From Lineus longissimus (taxonomy: Eukaryota), in assembly GCF_910592395.1 (NCBI RefSeq), contig NC_088313.1:17766500-17830499 (forward strand): a stretch of 64,000 nucleotides of DNA, written 5' to 3'. The notes under the pieces are model-generated. The model was not told the origin of the DNA and did no database searches. It saw only the letters and a program-made list of their open reading frames with translations. Each line of letters starts with the position of its first letter. Within the stretch, counting starts at the first letter, position 1. The translations under genes and the position numbers were made by a program. This document shows positions 12,928 to 25,000 of the stretch, one piece after another.

Positions 12928-13632
12928 GCCGTCCCAGGGTGTCCTTCTCTCATAGAATTATGTTGCTTTGAGGAAGAGGATTTGAGGACAGTTAAGAAAG
13001 CCTGATCAGGCTTTGTACATGTAGATACTTTTGTTGTGAACTTCAAGATTATCTTGGTATTCAGTTATGAATAGACAAGTAGGTTATAATCCTTCTTTGA
13101 AGAAAACTAATCATGTGAGTGAAATTAGTCCAAAATTCTGCTTGTCAGAAAAAAAATTGTATTCCGTTCATCGAACCTGTTTTATATTATTTCAATTAAG
13201 TTTAATTATTCTCAGGAAAGGGGTGCTGATGCAAAGTGGCGGGCTTATACCTTCCCTTATAAACATTGTCTTGTTGAAGTAATTGTCTCGAAGCCTTATC
13301 TGAGGATCTCTGCATCTAGTCAAATCAAAAGAGATCAAAGATCAAAAATATGATGTGTCTGCCCTCCAAGAAAACTTAGGCTTTGGAGGGTCAACCCTGA
13401 AATGTTGTTTTTGAATCTTTTTCTTTATGGTGCTCGTGTTTTCTGCTGCCTCATAGACATAAGTGCGGAAAACTCCCAGACATTACATGTATCATTTCCT
13501 CTTATGTTCTATGAATAAGTGTATCTTGTTTAAACCTGTGTTCTCTTCTTGAAAAATAACTTTTTCAATGTATTCTTGCTCATTCGATCTGATTGCCTAA
13601 GATTGGGCTTGTAATTTGTGCAATTTTCATTT

Positions 13633-13722
13633 GTTCTTGAAACTTTACTTTCACTGTTTGTTGACAACATATTATTTGTTCTTGAAACTTTACTTTCACT
13701 GTTTGTTGACAGCATATTATTA
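13633..13722. repeat. Two tandem copies of a ~45-bp unit.
   Basis: ttcttgaaactttactttcactgtttgttgaca(a/g)catattat appears twice in tandem. This produces the repeated peptide text in ORFs 13530..13715 and 13618..13869. Confidence 0.7.
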
Positions 13723-15783
13723 ACAACAAAGTTACCTGTGCTACTGACTGTAGCTGTGATGTATTATTTTTGTATTTTTTGTTTCTGCCCAATAACCAAG
13801 AGCCTAACCACAAAGGGATTGTCTCATCTACATGTTGACAATACTAAAGATTTGTTATTATTTATATGATTTTGATCTAGTTGATGTTGTCTGGATAAAT
13901 ATTCTTCAAATATGATTCTCAGGGTGCTGTATGCCCATCATATCACACTGCCAAACCAATTCCTTACTTCATACATTGTAAATAACAACCAAAGAAGTCT
14001 CCAATAAAGTTCTGTTCACTCTTAGAAACATCTCATCCCTGCGAGATATATCCAGTGAGGGAAAATTATGATGAGTTTTACACTCAACTCCTTGGGACAA
14101 GAGCATCCTTTGGTTACAGCCTTCAGATGGTCCAAAGATCAAATAAGAACCATAAGTTTAGGTAAAAATGTATTGCAAAATGTGAAGTTCATTTCTCTTG
14201 AAATAATGCAAACTATTCACCACATAAACATTCCCACTTATTCTTAATCAGTTTGCATTCTTCATACATACCACAACATTGGGTGCTCTTTGTGTTGTTC
14301 ACAAGCATACTGTGTGTGTCTTGTGAAGTAAACTTTGTTTTTGTTTTGCAAAGATTTAAATTGTTCAGTCTGTGAAATATAATTTTGATAAAAATGTTTC
14401 TCAGACACGACACATTATTCAGGTTGTTTCATGTGCTGCACCTGCACAATCTTGCCAACAAGGTGTACATTTTGTTTATTTTTTCAATAAATATTTTCAT
14501 AACGTAGCATTTAGTTTTATTTCGTATTTCCTGGACAGCAGTTCATACCTGTCATTACTACTGTGTGAACATGTACTGTAACCTAGGTGACTATATCACC
14601 AGTGCAACTACAGTGGAACCACCCTTAGTGGATACTTCTGTTAGCAGGACTCTCTACAGGATTGGCAGCCCTTACATGTATATCCTTCTCAAAAGCAGCC
14701 TCATATGATCATCTGGCATTACTCTTTTTTCACAGAAGTGCCGTAGTGGTAAAATGAGCTAGTTTTCTTGAGCTTTGGTGAGGTGCATTTGCTTGCCCCA
14801 ACAGAACAGTGAACTTGATATCTCTCAGTTCAAATACCATTTGATGGCAAACTGTTTGAAGATCTGGCGATGAAATCCATTGCATGGACATGGCCTGGCT
14901 TTCTCCGATCTAATTGCCATCGAGGGGTAAATGGCATGTTGAAGTTGACATGCGCAGAACCATTGGGTGTCAAGCAGTGAGGTTCCATCACAGTGGAGAT
15001 GCTTTCACCCAACATATTCATGTAGGCCACATAGAGGTCCATTCCAAACTACACAAGACCGGTATTGGTACATGTAGTTCCGGTACTCTGTGCTGGAAGT
15101 GGACTGGTCACAACCAAGGACCAGTCAGACATTCCAATTTGTCTCACTAATGCGATCACGACAAAAAGAGGTCCATTCCAAACTATGTAAAACCAGTATT
15201 GGTAGTTTCTTTACTCTGCCTCACAGAGGCATAGAGAGAACACACCAAGCAGAAGATTGCAGAGAAACAATTTTCTGCCAGGCCTAAATCTTCAGAAAGT
15301 AGAACAGCTCCAGCTTATTACAAGATACGTGTACATGTACATGTAAGCCACAGAGTTAAGCATGAAGAAAGCACAAAAACGACTTTTCTTTATCTGAATT
15401 TTTTTTTTTTTTTCAAAAAAAGAGATTGACAAAATACATTCCAAGTTACTCCCATTTGAAAAACTTTGTGTGAATATCAATGTACCACAAATTGTTCACG
15501 TCATTGATTCTACAGCAAGTTGCCAACTACATATGCAAGAGACAATTGTACAAGCAATAGGCTGACCTTCAACCAAATTATGATGATAATGATAGTGATG
15601 ATGAAGAGACAGTTCAAGAACTATCAACAGGGACAACAAATGCAGAACTGTCTTATCTAAAGTGGAGAAAAACCCATTTTGTCTGTCTGGGTAAAGTCTC
15701 ATGAAAAAAATTCATTGGACATCAAATTTTTTCTCATCTTAAATGCACTGATATCAAACAATGTCCCAGTTAACGCGTCCTAT

Positions 15784-18098
15784 CTATTTTGGTTTCGTCT
15801 CTTGATCCGAAACATTCCGAATATAGATGGCGTCCTCTGCTGGTTTCTCTACGTTATCCATCTCCATCATGTAGGAAGATGCAATCGCTAAGGCTGTGCC
15901 ATCGTGGCTGAATGACAGGGAGGCAATGCTGGTCGGGTACCTGAAACGGATAAGAACAAAACTTTTACCTATCATTGCTGCGCTTATCAAATTTGATGAT
16001 TCTGTCCTACACCTGTCTTCTAAATTACCTCATCTTTGTCTCAAAGTGATGATATAGGCCACTCAAGATTTGAAACTGAATTCCAGAGAGCAAAAGTTTT
16101 ACTCACCTGTGAAACTGACAGAGTCGTTTCTTGTTGAAACCATCCCAAACATTGACAAAACCATCCGACCCTCCAGTGGCAAATGTGTTGTATAGGCTGT
16201 GGAAGGCGATGGAATTCACAGGGTAGATCTTCTCCATTCCATCCTCCTTGATACGATGGCATTTGAAAGCATACTTCTTCTTTTGAACCTCAGGGCTTGG
16301 GTCGAGATATTCAACTGCTACACGACCTATTGAGAAAAGTAAAGACTGTAGTTAAGTAGAAAGCTAGAAAAATCTACTTAACGTATGTTGCCAATGAGGC
16401 AAATTTCTCCTTCAGTGTTGCTATTGGTAATCTTAAAATCTCAAGTCTATGACAGTCATGAAGTTGGCAAGTTTATCAAATGCTCCTCACTTACCCTCTA
16501 TAGAGCTTAGGACATATCCTTGTTTGTTCGGGAAGGTTCGAATACATCTTGTCTGGTACTTTAAACTGGACTCTCTTTTTTGTTGTACATATCCCATATT
16601 TCGTAGATCCCAAACTAAAACTTTGCGGAGTGCTGTACCAACAACTAACTGATTACCAGTAACCCCAATGGTATAGACCTGATGAAAAAAGAAGATGACA
16701 ACAAAATAAGAGCATTTTGGGAACTGTTTTTGACTTATCAACACTTATGTACTGAAAATGGGGAACTTTTTTCAAGGCTTAGATATTCTGAGAACATGTA
16801 GTCATCAAGTGGAAGTTCCTACAATGAAACAAACACTGTTAGACCCCCATCTTATAGTCATACATGTACATGTACCAATCTCATCTCAGGAGGAATATAA
16901 TTAGGTTACGTGTATCGCTACCAATATAGGGAACTAACCAGATAAAATTGCTATGCTTTCTGTGTGTAGACTGTAACATATCATTCACATATTCCCTCTT
17001 TCATACAAATCAGCAGATATTACATGTAAGTGGAAGAACAGGGCATCAAAATATTGCCACCACTTCAAATCCATGCTTACTCCTGGTAAGCAGCACTTAC
17101 CCTTTCTGGTTGTGAATACGACCCCACGAGACATGGTGCACGGGGATCCCATAGTTTTATTGTTGAATCCCAGCTTCCAGTCACAATATAATTCAGCTCT
17201 GAACAGTATTCCACGCATCGCACTGCATCAGCATGTCGGCCAATAGTTGTTTCTGAAAGTGAAAGAAGTAAAGTTTATCATGTTTATTCAAAACCTTTTG
17301 CTAAACAGCCAAGAAATGGTGCTTTTCACAAGATAACATTGCTGATGTAACACGGGAATACAGCTTTTTGCCCCTCGACGATATATTGATACCATAAATG
17401 CTTAATTGTATTGTACAGACTGATAATGAGATTATTCCTATCCGAACAAGGCCCTCTCAAAAACCACCTGAGCTCTCCAAAAAACTTAACGTGGAAGTGT
17501 GTTTCGTATGGGTTAGTGGCCCTGAATGATACCATCTTGGAAATGGAATATCAAATTCAGAGAAAAGAAGCTTCAAGCCTACCTTGATGAGTATTTAGAT
17601 CAAAAGCTTTCAGCTGGTGGTCCAAACCTCCACTGTAACTGTGGACAGCATCCTGAAAATTGAGGTTGTTTTTTAGTTTTAAAACTTTGCAATCATTTCG
17701 AACTGATATCGTTCATCAACATTGCACATTATCATAAGATCCAAATATGTTTAAGTTCTAATTTCAGCTGATAAAGAGAATGAAGCCAGAGCAAGTCCAG
17801 CATGATGCGGATGTGATCCATCCAATCCAAGGGGCAATCACCTTCCATTCCAAGAAGATTCTCACAATATTTGGGATTTAAGTTTTACTTTTTTTCTTAC
17901 ATAAAAGCAACAGTCCAATACGGGTTCACCATGGTTGAATCGTAACCTCCTCTTGTTCTCAATAACATCATAGAGGTGGACGTGACTATCCCAGGAAGAG
18001 GCCAGCAGAAATTGCGACGAGGTTGGACTGAACTTGATGGCTGTGATCCCATCATCTGGGGCATCGGCTAACTTGAACTCATTTGGCTGGTCTGTCAT
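15784..18098 (-). CDS. BUB3: Mitotic checkpoint protein BUB3 (WD40 repeat). Complete CDS in 6 exons.
   Basis: Minus-strand exons 18098..17901, 17652..17583, 17252..17101, 16678..16495, 16326..16107 and 15940..15784, all GT-AG with compatible phases. The product [45 protein letters not shown]...[23 protein letters not shown]...[14 protein letters not shown]...[69 protein letters not shown]...[29 protein letters not shown]...ETKPK* is nearly collinear with human BUB3. An acceptor immediately upstream of the ATG (ttgttacag) implies a separate 5'UTR exon in the CpG-rich 18.5-19.0 kb region. Confidence 0.85.
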
Positions 18099-21000
18099 CT
18101 TTAAGCTTTTGCTGTAACAAGAGAATTGATTCCATTGCCACTAATTGTCTTGTTCATTGATTTTATGGTCATCTAGTGTGTGACTTTGGGCACAAGTCAC
18201 TTGTCCATCTTATTGATGGGTCATCTCGAGTATATATGGTCCTTGGAAATCAGTCTTGTCTTAGTGTTTATGAGTCATCTACAGTGTGACCTCGGGCAAG
18301 TCATTTGGCTACCTATATTCATTGGTTATATGGCACTGCACGAAGTTGGTTGGAATAGCGAGTTAATTTTGTTATAGTAGGCCTATACTACTATTACTGA
18401 GATAGGTATTCTAGCTAGGATATGTTATAATTAGAATATACTCTTGCTTGGCGCTGGTTTAGCTTAAAGTGCTGTGGTACAGCCTAGAAGCAGTGTCATC
18501 ATTGGCGAAATCGACCAAAGTTTGTGAGGGGCTGAGTTTCGTCCACAAATAGATCTGTTTACACACTATGGCAATGGCGTATTGCAGGTACACGTCAACG
18601 GGTCATTGTCGGACGTCAGTTCGCCAAGAAAACCAAAGGAATCGAAGGATTCATTGAACTCATCAACACATCATTAGTTTTCAGTGAAGTTCAATTGTAT
18701 TCCTAGATAAATCACTTTGGTATGTAGAGAGTAAGATTACAATTAACTCACGTTAAAGTTTGAGTTCCGGGGAGGTAAGAGTTGTCAGTTGGTTTAGGGG
18801 CGCAATGACCTAGCTTATAGCGAGCAATTAGTACACTAAAGTTTCAGTGATGGACGTACAATATGCGTAGCCTATATTACGCCGCGCCTACGGTAATCAG
18901 GTGATAGGCGCCTAGTTGCAAGTAATTGGCATTTTAGAGTCATATTTCGTGTTATAATAACTCAAAATTGATTCATGAAAAAGGCAGTAGGGCAAATATT
19001 AAGCAATTAGCAAACAGTAATTGAAAAAATGTAATTGTATTGTTTTTAGACACTATATTAGGCCCTATATACATTTTTGGCTGTAGGTAGGCCTATGACG
19101 TTGCAGGCAGCATAACTCAAATATCTAAAATCTAAATAACAAGGGAAAAGAAACGCATTATAAAAATAAAATATAAAGTAAAAAAGAAAAAGGAAAAGAA
19201 AAATGTTGTCCACAACCGGATTCGAACTCGCGACCTTTGGATCGAACATCGTATTCTGCCATTTCGATCGAGCGCTCTTCCAAACTGCTCTAATGTTTCT
19301 AAGACGTCTGACGTCATGTATTTGTCGAAATCTGATTGGCTGAAAGTCCCTGTACAAATGAACAATGTACTGCCCGAAAGGTTCAAGGGGAAAAAAATTC
19401 GCGAGATCCCACTGCTCTTCTATCCTGTGATGTGGAAATCTCCACTGAATTCATGAAGGTTTGTCTAATTATATGTAAATTGACGTAAACAGTTAACAGT
19501 TTTAAATTCAACAACCATTCATTTGGCGGCCACTATCCCGACTGTGGTGTAGCACCCGACTGTAACTGGCATGAAAAGGGGATACGCTGGTTATGGATGT
19601 CAGATCGTGGTTCCGTGACCCTTTGCAAACAATTTCACTGAACGTAACCCACGCGGCGACACCAAGGACCGCTGGCTGATCTATTGATATGTTCGCAGAA
19701 GGGTGTCAAAGTCGGAGAGAAGAAGAGCCACTCTTCTCTTGTACTGTTGTAGGGGGTTCACTTGGAAGTGTTTGCATTTGTTAGCTTATAAACACAAGAT
19801 TTTGATCCTTCAGTCTTGGGTTTGGCGGAGAGAACTAATCTTACATAAGTCCCAAAACAATATCATATGTCTTTATGGCAATATTTATTATTGGGACCCA
19901 GTACAGTGCCGTTCTATCCAATATTCTTTGAGGCTGTTGGAAAGACTTCTTGTCTACAGTGCCATTCTGCCCCCTCTAAGGCATACATTGGTAACTAATG
20001 AATTGAATGCGAAATGAACGCAGTCGAACACAATGTGAATAATTCAGTCTCGGTTTCGTCGCCGAAAAGAAGGCGATATGTTACTATTTGATAATGTATA
20101 TGATCATGATAATTAGGAGACCCTGTGTGGGTGTTGATCCAATCCAACATACTTTGATGTGATTGGAGATGGAAGTTTGCCATAGTGCCTTTAAAGGTAT
20201 GATAAAGACAGCATTAGTATGCTACCTGGTGCTATTCTGATGGACCGTATTGCCAGGAAAACTAAAGTGGCAGGTCTATAGTCATTTGCGTTGCGACTGT
20301 CCAAGTCAAAGGCACGTCTTGCTGAAAATTTATTGGAAGGAAATCTTGACCTTTACATGTGTTCCTGAATTTGACCATTTACTTAATCTGTCTCATGATT
20401 TCAGAGGTGACTGACCCCTCGGTTCATGAGGTGTGGAAGCGAGAATGATGAGTGCCAGTCTTCGATCAGAATGACGAGGTGACAGTGCCCAGTCACATCA
20501 CAATCACATCAACATTATCAGGATGATCAGGTCACAGATCGCCGATAATTCTGGGGAGTCGGGGGAGGCCTAATTATTATGCTCAAAATCATTTAATGAT
20601 TAAATAAAGACTAGGGTAATATTATATTAACCAAACAAGTGCGAAGGAAGTGTAAGTTAATTGACTGATTCTGATTACGAGACTCAAAATGAATTTAAGT
20701 GTTTCAGAATGCAAACCATGGGCACAAAACATCATAATTATCCTAAATCTTTTCTCAAGTTGTTGTTGGTGGTTTGCCAATGAAGACATCAAGGCTCACT
20801 CCAGATATCTACCTCTTACACCCTGTGGAGGGGTGAGTGTCCAACTCGTCTCAACAAAGGGGTTGCTGTTAGAGCATGCTACGGCCAATGTGGAATTAGT
20901 TCACAGAGGTTTATCAGAAAATGTTAAAAACATCGTGTTCAGAATTTTTATTTTTGCACGGATAAATTCAAGAAATTTATAATGTTTACAAGGTAATAAC

Positions 21001-21601
21001 TTAATAAGTTAAGTTTTATAATAATTTGAATTCCTGAAGAATTTCGGGAGACAGTGATCAGTCAATTTCTTTTACGTTTATTGTGTCTTTTGGAGTGTTT
21101 GAGCAGGAATCGGACAACCATTTTTCGGACGTCCGACAACTAATTACTGGACGTCTAAATAGGAGAACCTGTGTATACCGATTCGAATGACGCAATAGCG
21201 CGTAAACATCATAATCATCAATGGCATAGGCCTATGGCCCCTCTACGCGAACATGCATAAAAGTAAAGTATGCGAAAATTTCCAATTTTATACAACCGTG
21301 AAATAAAAGGATCGCGAATATTTCCAGCCTGAGGACTTTGACTTGGGGTGTGTGGTTAAAATAAGACTCTTTTTCACCAGGCGAGGGAAGCCTAAATATA
21401 GGAACTATGAACATAAGATCATGTGGTTTGCGACCATACGATCTTTTGTTTGCTGCTTGTTTGTTGTGGCCTTCAGTGGCTTCCTCTGCCTGTGGTGGTG
21501 AGGTCCTCTATGTATATGTTCATGGAGTGCATGAGTCTGTACATTGTACCATACACTATAGTACACCTACACTTCTAGCTGATATAGGCGTACGTTACGG
21601 G

Positions 21602-21679
21602 GAGACTGCTAAAATGTGGAATCGGGAATGATTGCATCCTTCCTTTGCCAGTTGGCAGATTCCACATTTTAGCAGTCTC
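21602..21679. repeat. Perfect inverted repeat (hairpin): 22-bp stem, 34-nt loop.
   Basis: 21602-21623 gagactgctaaaatgtggaatc is the exact reverse complement of 21658-21679 gattccacattttagcagtctc. The loop contains a mini-hairpin tgccagttggca. The hairpin lies about 330 bp upstream of the GPAM initiation exon. Confidence 0.75.
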
Positions 21680-22012
21680 ACATTGTCAAAACTGACAAAG
21701 CGTACCGTCGCAACTTCCAGGTGTTGTATTGTGTTTGGATGACAGTTGAATAGCTAATGGTTAGTCAGGTTATAAGATTTTGTCCCTCTTCTCGATGTAC
21801 AAAAAGGTCAAAAGACAACAGGTAGAGGTTAAAAAATTAGCCTTTTACAGTTTGGATTGCTAGAACACCCTACATTTTCACAATTTAATTATAATGTGAC
21901 GAGGGTGACCAGAACTTGGAGGCCTGTTCTCTATTTGGGCCATTTAAAATATATTTACTTATTTTTTTTCATTGTATTTTGTCTTTGTCTTTTTAGGAAG
22001 TAATCTCAAGCA

Positions 22013-25000
22013 ATGGGTGACACACTAAAGAATCTCCAAGGTGTCTATGAACGCTGGGAGAATAAACCTGGCAGCAGTAGAAATGTTAATGGCTATGACC
22101 CCGCTGTAAATGCTGGCAAACAGGCATGGAGGAAAAAGTTTGGTGACAACATTGGTCCGGCACCTCATCAGCGCACCAGGCGCTACAAGAACACAATACC
22201 AACATTGGTAAGTAGAGTGAGTGACTTGGATCTGGTAGAGCTTGGGCCAGTTTTTATTCGTTGAAGAGAAAAATGAATTCTCCACTCTCTCTCTTCAGCC
22301 AAAGAACTGCCTTCTTGGTGATTTCAAGAGCCACCCAATGAGAGCCGAGCATGCAATCTTCAAGAGGCCATTTATGGGGAGGTGCTGCAACTGTGTGCAG
22401 ATAAGTCGGGTATGTTGTCTTGCTATAAATATGAATGCAAAGAAAGTCATACTAAAAAATTATGTCGATTTCCGATGAAAATGCTTTTGTGGTATTTTTG
22501 CATTTTGTCAAAACTGTTGGAACCAGAGCAATGTTGGTTGACATTCCGTCAAGCATACATGTGTGAGTATCAGATGTTTCAACTGCAACATCTGTGACTT
22601 ATTTATTTGACAGAGCAAATGGGCTGGCCTATTGCCTAAAGTAAACTGAACACTAGACTTAACCCATTCTGCCTGGGTGCTGATGAGAAACAAGAGCACT
22701 CAGAAAATTTGTTGATATTGCATTGGAAGCCATGAGGTTACAGTTTTTCATTGAAAAAGTATTGAAAACCTAGTTCCCACAGGATGCTTTTTCGGATAAA
22801 CGCTTCTTCAGGACTAAGTATCGTCATTGTTTTGTCGCTTTCTACTGTACATGTACTTACTTCTTAGGTGTACTTTCAGAATACCTTTTACACTGACAAT
22901 GTGACGATGGCTGGCTCAATGAATATATTGCGGGTCGATACCGAGGACAGGGGCCAAGGTTTATTTACCAATCTGTTCTGCCACATTGCGTACGTGATGA
23001 AGCGCGACATCAGTCACAAATATCCAGATATCACAAAGGCTGTGCTCAGCAGTGACAGGTACATGTAATTCAAAAAAGATTTTTGCAAAAACTTAAAGAA
23101 CTTTTTTTGGTCAGAAATTTTTTTTCAATTTGAAAACAAATTTCAGGCAGTATGGAGTGCCTTGTTGGGAACAAGTTGAACAAAATGAAAGCTGTTCGTG
23201 TTTGAATATTTTGGAATGAAGCACAAATTTTTAGCTGAGTTGCATTAGGTGTGAGGAGAGTAATGTTAGGATTCAGTTATAACAGTAAACTGCCAAATAT
23301 TGCAGGTGTTGTAATTTAGGAATTTGATGGGTATGTCAATTTGATGTCACCCTTTCATCTTGCAGAATTCAAGATGCTATAGATGAAGAAGTCATAAATA
23401 CTACTGAAGACGCAAAGTTGCGGTTTGATCGAGATAATTACGAGAAAGTTAGCAAAAAGTGTCAGAAGAGGGTCACAAAGTTGCTAAAAAATATGAAAGC
23501 TGCAATATCCAGGAAACTGATCCGGTAAGTTGCTTACAGATACATTTGTTTATCTTAATAATCATTTAGATGAGCTACAGATAGTGCAAACACCTTTGCA
23601 CTGACCAACCACATCAAGTGGCTTAAGTTTCTCTTTTTGGAAATGATGCGCTGGTATTTGTTTCACAAGTGATGTAGTGATGAATATTGTTTTATCCAAT
23701 TGTGTTAAGATAGTTTCAAGTTAAGTCAGTTCACTGATTGTCTCTCTTTCAGCTTCACAGGTTGGTTCCTACTGAAGTTACTTGGCAGTCTTCTCAATTC
23801 TATAGTGGTGCATCACGGACAGATGGAAATGATCAAGAAAGCATCTCAGGTACATTTGTTAAAATTTTGACCACATGTGAAGCGTTCGTGCACACTAATA
23901 CCAGTTTGCCAGCAACTGGGGAAACCCTCTCATAAAGGTGAACATTTAGGGCTGGGAAAATAAAGTTTCCAGTTGTTCATAGCATTTATATATGTATTTG
24001 CATTGTTTGTATTCTTTCAGAAACATAAGCATGTGCCTTTAATTTTCCTGCCCCTTCACCGAAGTCACTTGGATTACATCATCCTGACCTACACTCTGTT
24101 CCACTGGGATATCAGCGCCCCCTATGTAGCTGCTGGGGACAACCTCCGAATACCATTCTTCAGGTAAGTGCCTTTGAAGTTCTCATTGGTGGGACTACAT
24201 GTAGTTGCTTCATATACCATCACTATACCTGCATGTTTACCAACCCAAACAGGCCAGTGAAAACATAAAATCTCTGGTGGCTGCATAGAATGACCTCGAT
24301 CATTTGCCACGCACATTATCTCCATCAGAAATCTTTGTCTGCTCGGCTCCATTGACCAAACTTGTCTCACATTACCTGTTTTCGATTCAACTCGGGAAGT
24401 TTAGATTCGTAGTTCTTCTTAAACATCAGTCCAGGCTGATGGGATTGGCTTGACTGTCTCGCGCTCGACACAAATTATCATTGAGCGCAATGATAAATAA
24501 TCAAACAATTTCAATTTTCTTACAGTTTCCTGATGAGAAGTCTTGGTGGCTTCTTTATTCGACGGAAATTGGATCGGCAGACAGGTAAAAAAGATGTGTT
24601 ATACAGAGCAGTGCTGCAGTCCTACATGTGTGAGCTGCTGAGGGAAGGTCAATCTATTGAGTTCTTCATCGAGGGGGGAAGGTCAAGAACTGGAAAAGCC
24701 TGCTTCCCTAAGGCTGGCCTATTGTCTGTGATAGTTGATGCATACTTAGAAGGTGAGTAGATGTATGGTTTACAAGGACATGCACTCCATGAGAAAAAAA
24801 CCGACTTGCCCTGTTAACAAAAATATATCTGATCTTAATACAAAACGTGTACTAAGTATGTGACTTGGGTATAACTTGATAACTTTTCAACTTTTCTAGG
24901 TGTCGTTCCTGATGTTTATATTGTCCCACTGAGTATCAGCTATGAGAAGATCTTGGATGGAAACTTCACTAATGAACAGATGGTAAGATTTGGAGAGAAA

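Noticed and set aside
15401-15416. Poly(T) tract of about 16 nt
   Set aside because: Simple homopolymer in the BUB3 3' flank, with no evidence of function.
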